Shown here in pieces: positions 37,253-47,115 of a stretch of DNA of 64,000 nucleotides. This DNA comes from a virus (taxonomy: Duplodnaviria; Caudoviricetes), in IMG/VR virus record IMGVR_UViG_3300031963_000042, positions 39,209-103,208 of that record; one strand, written 5' to 3'. Made by a program: the position numbers and the translations under genes. The notes beneath the pieces were generated by a model. It ran no database searches and was not told where the DNA came from. It saw only the letters and a program-made list of their open reading frames with translations. Each line of letters starts with the position of its first letter. Within the stretch, counting starts at the first letter, position 1.

Positions 37253-37373
37253 TACAAATTGTCAGCCACATGTCATTTTGACAGTTTGCTTTATTAAATT
37301 ATGACAATTTGTCATGTGCTCTTTATTGTTTAATAAGAAAAACCTATATTTCATAAAAAGGAATAATTATTGA
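37253..37373. promoter_or_regulatory. TGACA/TGTCA palindromic sites plus sigma54-like GG-N10-GA element
   Basis: TGTCA-TTT-TGACA 37271-83, TGACA-ATT-TGTCA 37302-14, GGAATAATTATTGA 37360-73. Confidence 0.5.
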
Positions 37374-37399
37374 TAAATAACATAAAAAAAACTTAAAAT

Positions 37400-37756
37400 A
37401 TGGAACACGACAGATTTATTAAATTTTTGATGGACTACTTTGGTGACAGTGGTCTAAAAAGCCGGAACTACAGTTATAGTCTCGGATCACCCTTTGTTAC
37501 TGTTTATTACACAACAAATCTTGACGACAATCCAACAGAAACCACTGAGTATTTAGAAAAGTTGTTAGAAAGTGCAATCAAGACTGAAAATTATGAGCTT
37601 GCAATTAAAATAAGGGATAAGCTCGCAAAATCAAATAATCCGGAAATTGATTCTTTGAAAGAGGAACTTGAATCTGCGGTTAAAGAGCAAAATTTTGAAC
37701 GAGCGATAGAACTAAGGGATAAGATCGCAAATCTAACAAATAAAGCGCACAAATAG
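37400..37756 (+). CDS. Tandem UVR-domain protein, putative ClpC adaptor
   Basis: LESAIKTENYELAIKIRDKL and LESAVKEQNFERAIELRDKI. Confidence 0.85.
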   Translation: MEHDRFIKFLMDYFGDSGLKSRNYSYSLGSPFVTVYYTTNLDDNPTETTEYLEKLLESAIKTENYELAIKIRDKLAKSNNPEIDSLKEELESAVKEQNFERAIELRDKIANLTNKAHK

Positions 37757-37791
37757 TGCGCTTTTCTTTTATAATGAAATAATTATATAGT

Positions 37792-38070
37792 ATGGGTATA
37801 GTTAGTGAAGAATATTCTGGAACATCTATTATAACCACAATTAACTCATCAAATATTGATAATTGTGTTTATGATACCAGAGACAGCAAATTATCTGTTA
37901 AGTTTAAAAATGGGGTTATTTATGAATATTATAATGTACCTCACCATATTTTTACTAAGTTTAGATTTTCTGAATCGCAAGGCAAATATTTATCTACAGT
38001 AATTGCTAAGACTTATAATTATAAAAAATTAGTTATTGAAGATAATGGAGAAGATAATACAAAGCTTTGA
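37792..38070 (+). CDS. KTSC-domain protein
   Basis: SSNI...YD....L.VKFKNG..YEYYNVP...SQGKY. Confidence 0.88.
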   Translation: MGIVSEEYSGTSIITTINSSNIDNCVYDTRDSKLSVKFKNGVIYEYYNVPHHIFTKFRFSESQGKYLSTVIAKTYNYKKLVIEDNGEDNTKL

Positions 38071-38788
38071 GCCAAAAAAAGAACTAAACCCCAAAATTTG
38101 GGATAATCAGAAAGGTGATGGCCGCCCCACATTAAAACCAGAAATAAGAGAAAATTTACTGGCAACAGCAAATAGCTTTATAGACTTTCTAGAACTAGAT
38201 TTATTTATCGATGATGCGGTAATAACAGGATCGATATGTAATTATACCTGGTCGGAATATTCTGATATTGATATTCACTTAATAATCGATATATCGCAAT
38301 TCCCTGAAGACATCCAGGACTTATATAAAAAAATTTTTTCACTTAAAAGGCTATTGTTTAATAAAGAATATAACATAAAAGTAAAAAATCATGACGTTGA
38401 AGTTTACGCTCAAGAAAAAGCTGAAAAGCATGAGAGTCCTGCGATATTTTCTTTAGTTAAAGATGAGTGGGTTAAATTTCCTAAAAAGGAGCCACTAAAT
38501 GTGAATACCAAAGAAGTACTCGAAAAGGCAAATAATCTTATGAAATATATCGACACAATCTTGAGTAATTACGAAGAAGATGATTTAGATACCATAAAAA
38601 AAATAACGGGAAAAGTTAAAGAAAAATTATCTAAATATAGAAAATCAGGTTTATCAACAAAAGGCGAACTTTCATTAGAAAATTTGGTATATAAAATATT
38701 GAGACGTAAAGGTTATCTTGATAAATTATATGATTTTGATAAAAAAATTGCAGGAAAAAGATTTACTGTAGAGCAACATTCTTGGTAA
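38045..38788 (+). CDS. Pol-beta-superfamily nucleotidyltransferase
   Basis: TGS.....SEYSDIDIH, then VEVY. Confidence 0.8.
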   Translation: MEKIIQSFEPKKELNPKIWDNQKGDGRPTLKPEIRENLLATANSFIDFLELDLFIDDAVITGSICNYTWSEYSDIDIHLIIDISQFPEDIQDLYKKIFSLKRLLFNKEYNIKVKNHDVEVYAQEKAEKHESPAIFSLVKDEWVKFPKKEPLNVNTKEVLEKANNLMKYIDTILSNYEEDDLDTIKKITGKVKEKLSKYRKSGLSTKGELSLENLVYKILRRKGYLDKLYDFDKKIAGKRFTVEQHSW

Positions 38789-38829
38789 TATTACAACATT
38801 CAATATATTTATATATAAATATTATAAAA

Positions 38830-39081
38830 ATGGCAGCAAATAACGTAAAAGTTGGAGATAAATTTGAGATTAATTTTACTGGAGCATCATCTTTGCAAGG
38901 TATAAGATATGAAGTTTATCACGTTACAGAAAAAACTAATTATATTCCTGTTTCAGACGTATTGGTTTTTTTAAAATTAATTAGTAAAGATGGCTTTAAT
39001 AAAGGTGCTAAACTTAATGATATAGTTCCTTTAGAACATTTAGACATTTTTTATAAACCAGTTACTACACGTAGTGCATAA
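38830..39081 (+). CDS. Small hypothetical protein
   Basis: Start moved to ATG 38830 after TATTTATA. Confidence 0.6.
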   Translation: MAANNVKVGDKFEINFTGASSLQGIRYEVYHVTEKTNYIPVSDVLVFLKLISKDGFNKGAKLNDIVPLEHLDIFYKPVTTRSA

Positions 39082-39102
39082 TAATTTTAAATAAATTAAA
39101 AA

Positions 39103-39276
39103 ATGCCAACAACATACTCAGCAGGAACATACGATGCACAAATTTGTGAAGTATGTGACACAACAACAGAATTTAGAACAGATACCCCGCACCCATCATA
39201 TACAAATGAAAAGGGGGATGTTGTTATTCAAACAACTATGGTTACAGCCGGAGGATTTAACGGCCTAAATAATTAA
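39103..39276 (+). CDS. 57-aa protein with CxxC (not in ORF track)
   Basis: MPTTYSAGTYDAQICEVCDTTTEFRTDTPHPSYTNEKGDVVIQTTMVTAGGFNGLNN*; fills the gap with an A-rich leader. Confidence 0.7.
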   Translation: MPTTYSAGTYDAQICEVCDTTTEFRTDTPHPSYTNEKGDVVIQTTMVTAGGFNGLNN

Positions 39277-39293
39277 AATATAAATAAAAAATA

Positions 39294-40727
39294 ATGGCAG
39301 ATTTAAGACCACTAGGTAGCGAAAAATTACAAGGCGTCGATAAGTTAAAAAGAATTATCGAAATTGCTACATATAACGATAAAAGAGTAGCTCCTGTAAA
39401 TGAAAATAAAAATAGCGATTATAGTATTCGTTTAGCTGACGGTAATACTTACCATATTGTTAAAGAAAGAAATGGTTATATTATTAAACATAATATAACT
39501 GAATCTGTTATTGGGTATATCGAACCAATAGAGGAAAGAAAATATTATGAGTCTTATTCGAAAGCATTGAATAGATTAAATATTATTGCTAAAGAGTTAA
39601 ACTCTCTTTATGGAAACAATGAAGGCACTAGCTTGTTTTATGAGCAAAAAAGATACACTCTAAAAACACCTAAACCTAAAATGCCTATGGATGATGTTGA
39701 AAATGTTCCTCTTCCGGCAGATCCTGGTATGGATGCTCAAGCACCACCACCGCCTCCACCTGATATGGGTGGTATGGATCAGTCTGGTATGGGAGCAGGT
39801 GCTCCTCCACCACCACCTCCACCTATGGGGGGTGACGCAAGTGGTGCACCAGAAGCGGTTAAAATTCCTACCCCATCTGACGATGAATTCGGAGGGTATG
39901 ATAACGAAGAAGATTTTGATTTTGGAGGCGAAGGTTCTGCCGATGAATTTGATTTTGGAGGCGAAGATGAGGGAGAAGAAGGTTATGGTAACGTTACTTT
40001 CAAAACAATAGAAAAACTAACCGGTAAACTAAGCCAAAAATTAAGATCATATGGTGACGATAATGAAATGACATCTAAAGATATTAAGTATGTCGTTAAT
40101 TCGATATTATCTGCTGTTGATTTGTCGATATTAGATGAAGAAGACCTTGATGATATTATGTCAAAGTTTGATATGGAACCTGAAGGTGAGTTTGATTCAG
40201 ACGAATTTGGTGGTTATGAAGATGAAGAATCTGAGCCAAATGAATTTGATTTTGAAGATCAAAGTTATGATGGTGGTTATGGTGAACCTATGGGTGATAT
40301 GCCACCACCACCCCCACCACCCCCACCTCCAGGTGGTTCTATGCCGCCTAGTTTAGGTGAATCAACTTGGGGTGATTTTGCGGATGATGTTATTAAAAAC
40401 ACGGCGTTAAAATATATGAATAAAAAAGCCATAAATAACGAGAGTAAATATTTAACAGATAATTTAGTAGAGAATACATTGTCAAGTTATTTCATGGAAA
40501 GTGTTGATGAGAGGAGATACAATAAAAAAGTTTTACAAGACCGTTATTCATCAGTATTAAAAGAAATAAATAAATTTTCTGAAAATGATTTACAGCGTGA
40601 ATCTGCAACAAAATTTGCGTTTAGAAATAGTGATGCCAAATTAATAGGAAAATCAAATAAAAATAATTTGATTTTTGAACTTAATGGATCGCAATATAAG
40701 ATAACACCAAAAGGTAGTGTTTTATGA
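39294..40727 (+). CDS. Head-associated protein with poly-Pro and acidic disordered regions
   Basis: ORF track; position in the head module. Confidence 0.7.
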   Translation: MADLRPLGSEKLQGVDKLKRIIEIATYNDKRVAPVNENKNSDYSIRLADGNTYHIVKERNGYIIKHNITESVIGYIEPIEERKYYESYSKALNRLNIIAKELNSLYGNNEGTSLFYEQKRYTLKTPKPKMPMDDVENVPLPADPGMDAQAPPPPPPDMGGMDQSGMGAGAPPPPPPPMGGDASGAPEAVKIPTPSDDEFGGYDNEEDFDFGGEGSADEFDFGGEDEGEEGYGNVTFKTIEKLTGKLSQKLRSYGDDNEMTSKDIKYVVNSILSAVDLSILDEEDLDDIMSKFDMEPEGEFDSDEFGGYEDEESEPNEFDFEDQSYDGGYGEPMGDMPPPPPPPPPPGGSMPPSLGESTWGDFADDVIKNTALKYMNKKAINNESKYLTDNLVENTLSSYFMESVDERRYNKKVLQDRYSSVLKEINKFSENDLQRESATKFAFRNSDAKLIGKSNKNNLIFELNGSQYKITPKGSVL

Positions 40728-41137
40728 GTTTATTGATTTTTGTTAATGGGTTAGGAACAAATTATAAAGGTGACAATATCTATGAGTTTATTTTTTCTGA
40801 CACAATAGAAGATATTTGGGATGATTCTTGGGATCATAAACCATCGAATGGATATCCAAAACCTCCAGATATTGATTACATATCCAGTGTTGCAGTATTA
40901 AAAAATTTTGACATAGAATTAGAATTAATACAGAACTCAGATTTTTTTAGTATGTCAGATAGTATTGATGGTGTGATTGCTTTAGCTTGGGAAAAGGATA
41001 ATGAAACCATTGATTTTAATAAAAAAACTAGACTTGTTTTTAGATATGGAGATACCTTTGAACAAGTTAGCGATAAACTCTACGAAAGAGATATAATTCT
41101 TGAATTAGAAAATAAATTACAACATGAAAACAAATAG
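40724..41137 (+). CDS. Hypothetical protein
   Basis: ORF track, overlapping start/stop. Confidence 0.7.
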   Translation: MSLLIFVNGLGTNYKGDNIYEFIFSDTIEDIWDDSWDHKPSNGYPKPPDIDYISSVAVLKNFDIELELIQNSDFFSMSDSIDGVIALAWEKDNETIDFNKKTRLVFRYGDTFEQVSDKLYERDIILELENKLQHENK

Positions 41138-42050
41138 GTATAGAAATTTGATTAATTTTGGGATCAGCCCAAAAACCCTAATGTCTCTTAGCGAATCGGA
41201 AATTAGAGCATTACATTCGTCTTTAATTGAAGCCTCAACTCAGGATCAAAGAATAAGACAAACCACATATACACCATCAGAAGTTACTGGATTAAAGAAC
41301 AAAAATCAGGGTCTAAATGTTAATGGTGAGGTATCCTTAAAAAGCGATGGAAGTATGGTTGTAAACCAACGACTTGAAAGTGAATTACGTGAAAGTAGGA
41401 AAAAAGGTAAAAACCCCTGGGCTATATGCACGGCAGAAATGGGTAAACAATTTGGAACTCCCGACAGAAGCGAATGGACTAAAGCTCAAAAAGCTAAATA
41501 TGAAAGATGTGTAAAAGGTGCTAAAGTCGCGATTAAAGAAGGTAGAGATCCATCTGAATTTATTCTAGAAAATAGAATAATGGAATTAGTTGACAAAAAG
41601 ATAAATAATGCTAATGATTCTTTATCAAAAGGTGAACTATTAAGAATAATTGAAAGAAAAATGTCTAGAAGCGGGCCAGAAATCGCAGAACCTGAGGTTA
41701 AGCCAAAAACTAAGCCAAAACCAAAAGAAACTCCAGATAAACGTCCAAGCCCATTTAAGCCACCAAAGGAAGCACCAAGACCAAAACCTAAAGGTAAATC
41801 CCGACGTAATTGGAATATGTATGAGACTGAAGAAATTGCTGAACCTGAGGTTAAGCCAAAAACTACACCAAAGCCAAAGCAAAATCCGAAAGAAACTCCA
41901 AGCCCATTTAAACCGCCAAAAAAAGCCCCAAGGCCAAAACCTAAAGGTATGGGTGGAAGAAGAGAGATGAGAGAAAATAAACCATCAAAAGCTAATAATT
42001 TTGGATTACCTAGTTGGTTAACATTTAGATCATTAAACAAATTACGATAA
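41124..42050 (+). CDS. Protein with duplicated Lys/Pro-rich repeat
   Basis: EIAEPEVKPKT..KPK..PSPFKPPK.APRPKPKG twice (about 41679-41795 and 41832-41948). Confidence 0.75.
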   Translation: MKTNRYRNLINFGISPKTLMSLSESEIRALHSSLIEASTQDQRIRQTTYTPSEVTGLKNKNQGLNVNGEVSLKSDGSMVVNQRLESELRESRKKGKNPWAICTAEMGKQFGTPDRSEWTKAQKAKYERCVKGAKVAIKEGRDPSEFILENRIMELVDKKINNANDSLSKGELLRIIERKMSRSGPEIAEPEVKPKTKPKPKETPDKRPSPFKPPKEAPRPKPKGKSRRNWNMYETEEIAEPEVKPKTTPKPKQNPKETPSPFKPPKKAPRPKPKGMGGRREMRENKPSKANNFGLPSWLTFRSLNKLR

Positions 42051-43387
42051 TGAAAAAACATATTAAAGAAGCTATTGACTATAGTGGCTTACGGCCTTCA
42101 GAAAGAATAGATAAAAAATCTGAAACTCGCTTACGTGATAAAAGTTTTCCGTTGGCTAGAAACAAAGCATTCCCTGATGTTAAACAAGGTGAAATTCCAT
42201 CTAATTTTGCTGAATTACTCGCATCAGAATCTTTTAGAAATACGATACAAAAGCTAAAACAGTATACTGGATTAGAAGAAATTGATTCTTCACAAACAAC
42301 TGTGTATACTTTATACAGTATATTTGCCAGATCATATCAAAAAATACTTGAAATTGAAAGTGAGCATAAAGAGTATTTAGAAGATCTAGCTGTAGATATT
42401 ATTCAAAGAGAATTTGGAATTTCCTCTGATGATTTAGAGCTAAGGCCAGAACTTATAACAGGTGATGGTGTAATTCGTGATAAGATCGATTTTGAAGAAA
42501 TAGAAATAAATAATGAAGAGGCTGTAACATATTTTTCTAATTCAAAAAAACATTCTGACGATTTACTTAGAAATGTTAAAGCGATAGACGATGCTACAGA
42601 AAATTTTAATCTGGAGGTAGAAAAACGTAGACTTGTTAATAGTATAATTCACGGAGCAGCTAGAAGAGGTGAAAATTTATTTCATTTGCTTAGAGATGAG
42701 TTAAATGCTATAGACCCTCAGCTATTTAATTTATATTGTATTGTAATGGCATACAATAGATATACGTACTGGATGTATGATATTGATCATTTACAGGACC
42801 TCATGTCTAATGGTGGATCATTTACAGGTATTGTTAAAGTTATTGACAAAGATGATGAAGAAGGCGGTGATGAAGGTGATGAAGGTGATGAAGGTGATGA
42901 AGAATATGCTAATGAAGGTTCTAATATTGCAGTTCATGCTAAAGCAACAATGTTTCCTGTCCTATTGCACGAATTAGTTAAAGGTGTTTACGATGTTTTA
43001 GGTATGTCCAGTTTACCTTTAGGTACTGCCGGAGAATTAGTTGTTAAGAAGGCTGATGATCCTAGAGCAGAAATATGGGATTTAAGACTAGGTGAAGAAA
43101 TTTATAGTAGAATTATGAAAGCGTACCCTAAAGAACTTTTTGATGAACAAAAAAGGTATTTACAACACTTTCTAACTCAAAGATTTTTTTCATTGCCAGC
43201 TAATGAATTTTTAGCTTTAGCTAAATTGCTTTTAAGCGGGTCAGCATCTGGCGCAAATATGTTGCAATCTATGGTTAATGAAATCGTTGAAAATTTAAAA
43301 CAATATGAATCGGCGGAAGATCCTGAAGAAAATAAATTCACGGGGTTTGATTTTGATGATGATGATGACGATTTAAGCTCTATATAA
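42050..43387 (+). CDS. Hypothetical head-region protein
   Basis: IKEA leader; LLHELVKG; acidic tail. Confidence 0.7.
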   Translation: MKKHIKEAIDYSGLRPSERIDKKSETRLRDKSFPLARNKAFPDVKQGEIPSNFAELLASESFRNTIQKLKQYTGLEEIDSSQTTVYTLYSIFARSYQKILEIESEHKEYLEDLAVDIIQREFGISSDDLELRPELITGDGVIRDKIDFEEIEINNEEAVTYFSNSKKHSDDLLRNVKAIDDATENFNLEVEKRRLVNSIIHGAARRGENLFHLLRDELNAIDPQLFNLYCIVMAYNRYTYWMYDIDHLQDLMSNGGSFTGIVKVIDKDDEEGGDEGDEGDEGDEEYANEGSNIAVHAKATMFPVLLHELVKGVYDVLGMSSLPLGTAGELVVKKADDPRAEIWDLRLGEEIYSRIMKAYPKELFDEQKRYLQHFLTQRFFSLPANEFLALAKLLLSGSASGANMLQSMVNEIVENLKQYESAEDPEENKFTGFDFDDDDDDLSSI

Positions 43388-43390
43388 AAT

Positions 43391-45157
43391 ATGTCAATAA
43401 CTAAAGAACATTACATATTAGAATATACTAAGTGCGTCAAGGATACTCCTTACGCACTTAGTACTTATTTACAGACATATGACAACACTGTTTCTAGATA
43501 TGTTCCATTAGAATTATTTCCTGATCAAATATCATTAATAGAGGATTATGAAAATTACAATGAAAATATTGCATTAAAATATAGACAAGCCGGAGTTTCA
43601 ACTGTTACAGCGGCTTGGGCTTCAAAAAAAATAGTTTTTGCATCAAAGAAAAAACCTGAAAAAATCCTTATTATCGCAAATAAATTAGAGACAGCGATTG
43701 AGATGTCAAATAAGGTTAAATCTTTTATATCTCAATGGCCAAAATGGATGGGTATTGATTTTTCAAAAGATAAGAATTCTCAGAGACATTATAAATTATC
43801 TAATGGATGCGAAGTAAAAGCTGTTGCAACGTCAAAAGACGCATTAAGAGGTTACACTCCAACAGTATTAATATTCGATGAGGCTGCGTATATTGAAGCT
43901 GACGGAGATTTTTGGTCTGCATGTATGGCATCACTTTCAACAGGTGGTAAAGTTATCGTAATCTCGACACCAAACGGTTATGACCCGATATACTATGAAA
44001 TTTATGACCAGGCTCTCAGAAATATGAATAATTTCAAAATATCTGAGATGTTATGGTATAAAGATCCTAGATATACAAAAGATCTTAAATTATTGAAGAT
44101 TGAAAACGCAATTAATTATATCCTAAATAAAGAAGATTATCCTGATATTGAAATAATTGAGTATTCTAGTGTACCTTATAAGGAACGTAATTTTGACGAA
44201 ATTAAAGAAAAAATTTCAGATGGATTTAAACCTTATTCAACATGGTATGAAGGGATGATCCGAAAATTTAAGTTTGACAGGCGTAAAGTTTCTCAAGAAT
44301 TAGAGTGTAACTTCTTAGGTTCTGGTGATAACGTCTTTGAATCTAATTTATTACAATCTGTCAGGCATAATATGATTCGTGAACCCATTAATAAGTTAAT
44401 GGGTAACTCATTATGGTTATGGAAAGAGCCTGTTGCTGGCCATAGATATATTTTAGGATGTGATGTCTCTAGAGGTGACTCAGAAGACTTTACATCAATA
44501 GTTATTATTGATTTTGATGAAAGAGAACAGGTCGCGGAATACATTGGTAAGATACCTCCAGATGTTGCAGCAGAAATTGCCTATAAATGGGGTACTATGT
44601 ATAGTGCTTTTATTGTTGTTGATATAACTGGTGGTATGGGTGTGTCAACATCTAGGAAATTACAAGAAATGGGTTATAGTGGCTTGTATGTTGATGGTAT
44701 TGATTTTAGTAATAAATGGAAATATGACCCTAAAAGTTTGGACAAAATACCTGGAATAAACTTCAATAGCAAACGAGTTCAAATAATATCTGCATTCGAG
44801 GAAGCTATGCGTCATGGATTTAAGGTATACAGCACTCGCCTATTGAATGAAATGAATACATTTATATATATAAATGGGCGACCTGATCATCAAAAAGGCC
44901 ATCACGATGATTTGATCATGGCAATATCTATGGCTATTTTTGTCGGCGAAAATTCTTTTACCAAACTTACTAAAGTTAACGAACAAACTAAAGCTATGAT
45001 TGATTCTTGGCAAGTTACCGACAATCAATCAATATCTAAGAATATTGCCTTTAATCCTGTTTTACCTGTAGGAGCGATAAATCCTATGACCGCGCAAAAC
45101 GAGGCGACAAAAAATGATTATATTAAATACAGTTGGTTATTTGGTGGTAAATATTAA
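43391..45157 (+). CDS. Terminase large subunit (T4 gp17-like)
   Basis: KYRQAGVST Walker A, LIFDEAA Walker B, ISTPNG, QELEC.FLGS, GCDVSRG, HDDLIMA. Confidence 0.95.
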   Translation: MSITKEHYILEYTKCVKDTPYALSTYLQTYDNTVSRYVPLELFPDQISLIEDYENYNENIALKYRQAGVSTVTAAWASKKIVFASKKKPEKILIIANKLETAIEMSNKVKSFISQWPKWMGIDFSKDKNSQRHYKLSNGCEVKAVATSKDALRGYTPTVLIFDEAAYIEADGDFWSACMASLSTGGKVIVISTPNGYDPIYYEIYDQALRNMNNFKISEMLWYKDPRYTKDLKLLKIENAINYILNKEDYPDIEIIEYSSVPYKERNFDEIKEKISDGFKPYSTWYEGMIRKFKFDRRKVSQELECNFLGSGDNVFESNLLQSVRHNMIREPINKLMGNSLWLWKEPVAGHRYILGCDVSRGDSEDFTSIVIIDFDEREQVAEYIGKIPPDVAAEIAYKWGTMYSAFIVVDITGGMGVSTSRKLQEMGYSGLYVDGIDFSNKWKYDPKSLDKIPGINFNSKRVQIISAFEEAMRHGFKVYSTRLLNEMNTFIYINGRPDHQKGHHDDLIMAISMAIFVGENSFTKLTKVNEQTKAMIDSWQVTDNQSISKNIAFNPVLPVGAINPMTAQNEATKNDYIKYSWLFGGKY

Positions 45158-45214
45158 TATTTAAAAACCGAAAAATATGATTATATTTATATTTATAATT
45201 ATAACATATTTAAT

Positions 45215-47101
45215 ATGGAAAATAACCAAGAAAAATTAACGATTTGGCAAAGACTATCACAAACATTCGGGCCAAATTCTCTTTTAAACCAGGATTACCC
45301 GGTTTACAAATACGATAAAAAAGAATTATTAAAGACAAAAGATAAAGATGAGTTTGAACTTGCTAAGTTACAAGCTCAGCAGACAATGTATTTGTCTGCA
45401 CAGTGGACAAAGATAGAAAATAACCTATATACACAAGGTGTTTATTTTGAACCAACAAGGTTAGCTTCATATTATGATTATGAGTCAATGGAATACACTC
45501 CAGAAATTTCTGCGGCATTGGATATATATGGTGAAGAATCTACTACAGCGGATCAAAATGGTTTCATATTACAAATATATTCAGAATCTAAACGAATAAA
45601 ATCAGTATTAACTGATTTATTTAATAATGCTTTAGATATTAATACAAATTTAGCAATGTGGACGAGAAACACATGCAAATATGGTGATAATTTTGTCTAC
45701 CTAAAATTAGACCCAAATAAAGGTGTTGTTGGATGTTTTCAATTGCCAAATATTGAAATAGAAAGGATAGAAAAAAGTATGAAGGGTAAAGCTGCGTTGG
45801 ACAACACAGGTACCGAACAGAAAGCTTTAAAATTTAGTTGGAAGAATAGAGACTTAGAGTTTAATACCTGGGAAATTGCGCATTTTAGATTACTTGGTGA
45901 CGATCGTAAATTACCATATGGCACATCTATGTTAGAAAAGGCTAGAAGAATTTGGAAACAGCTATTGTTATCTGAAGATGCTATGTTAATTTATAGAACA
46001 TCAAGAGCACCTGAAAGGAGAGTATTCAAAGTTTTTGTCGGTAACATGGATGATAAAGACGTCGAACCATATGTACAGCGTGTTGCCAATAAGTTTAAAC
46101 GTGATCAAGTTGTTGACAACAAAACAGGTAATGTCGACTTGAGGTTTAATCAAATGGCTGTAGACCAGGATTATTTTATACCTGTTAGAGAGGCAAACGC
46201 TAGTAGTCCAATCGAAACTCTTGCAGGGGCTTCCAATTTATCAGAAATAGCTGATATTGAATACATTCAGAAAAAATTACTTACAGCATTACGTGTACCA
46301 AAAGCTTTCTTAGGATTTGAAGAAGTTGTTGGTGAAGGTAAAAATTTATCTTTGCAAGATATTCGATTCGCAAGAACTATTAATAGAATACAAAAATGTA
46401 TGTTAGCAGAATTAAATAAAATTGCTATCATTCACTTATTTTTATTAGGATTCGAAGATGAATTGACAAATTTTACGTTAGGACTAACTAATCCTTCCAC
46501 ACAAGCTGATTTATTAAAAATCGATGTATGGAAAGAGAAAATTATGCTTTATAAAGATGCTGTAAGCCCTATTGAAGGCATCGCACCAACATCAGTTTCT
46601 TGGGCTAAAAAGCACGTTTTAGGGTTTTCAGATGAAGAGATTAAACTTGATTTGCAGCAACAAAGATTAGAAAAAGCAGTTGGTGCCGAATTAATTAATA
46701 CAGCAACAGTTATCATTAAAACAGGTATATTTGATACTGTTGATAAGTTGTATGGAACAACTAGTGGTACTACGCAAGGTGCTCAAGCTGCACAACCACC
46801 TGGTGGTGATTTAGGTGGATTTGGGGCCGATCTTGGAGGGTTAGGTGGCTTTGGCGGAGGCCTTGGTGGCGAAGTTGGCGGAGCTGCAACTCCTGCTGCA
46901 CCTGCTCCGGCTGGAGGAGAAACTGGTGGCGGCGGCCTTTTTGGCGAATCAGATGAAAGTGAGAAAGACTTATTAAAAATTTTGCTAGAGAATGACGATT
47001 TATTAACCGAAGACACTATCATTGATTTATCTAAAGGAAAAAATTCTTTAGGTGAAATTGAGTCAGCATTAGATAAACTTTTAAATAGCAAATATTTATA
47101 G
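45215..47101 (+). CDS. Portal protein (T4 gp20-like)
   Basis: LSEDAMLIYRTSRAPERRVFKV.VGN, DYFIP, IETLAG, ALRVPK. Confidence 0.95.
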   Translation: MENNQEKLTIWQRLSQTFGPNSLLNQDYPVYKYDKKELLKTKDKDEFELAKLQAQQTMYLSAQWTKIENNLYTQGVYFEPTRLASYYDYESMEYTPEISAALDIYGEESTTADQNGFILQIYSESKRIKSVLTDLFNNALDINTNLAMWTRNTCKYGDNFVYLKLDPNKGVVGCFQLPNIEIERIEKSMKGKAALDNTGTEQKALKFSWKNRDLEFNTWEIAHFRLLGDDRKLPYGTSMLEKARRIWKQLLLSEDAMLIYRTSRAPERRVFKVFVGNMDDKDVEPYVQRVANKFKRDQVVDNKTGNVDLRFNQMAVDQDYFIPVREANASSPIETLAGASNLSEIADIEYIQKKLLTALRVPKAFLGFEEVVGEGKNLSLQDIRFARTINRIQKCMLAELNKIAIIHLFLLGFEDELTNFTLGLTNPSTQADLLKIDVWKEKIMLYKDAVSPIEGIAPTSVSWAKKHVLGFSDEEIKLDLQQQRLEKAVGAELINTATVIIKTGIFDTVDKLYGTTSGTTQGAQAAQPPGGDLGGFGADLGGLGGFGGGLGGEVGGAATPAAPAPAGGETGGGGLFGESDESEKDLLKILLENDDLLTEDTIIDLSKGKNSLGEIESALDKLLNSKYL

Positions 47102-47115
47102 TTAAAAATAAAATT

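Noticed and set aside
41486-42061. Antisense and alternate-frame ORFs (also 49566-50060, 51069-51518, 6380-6892, 46783-47091, 61318-61665)
   Set aside because: Mirror low-complexity or real genes on the other strand or frame; no independent signals
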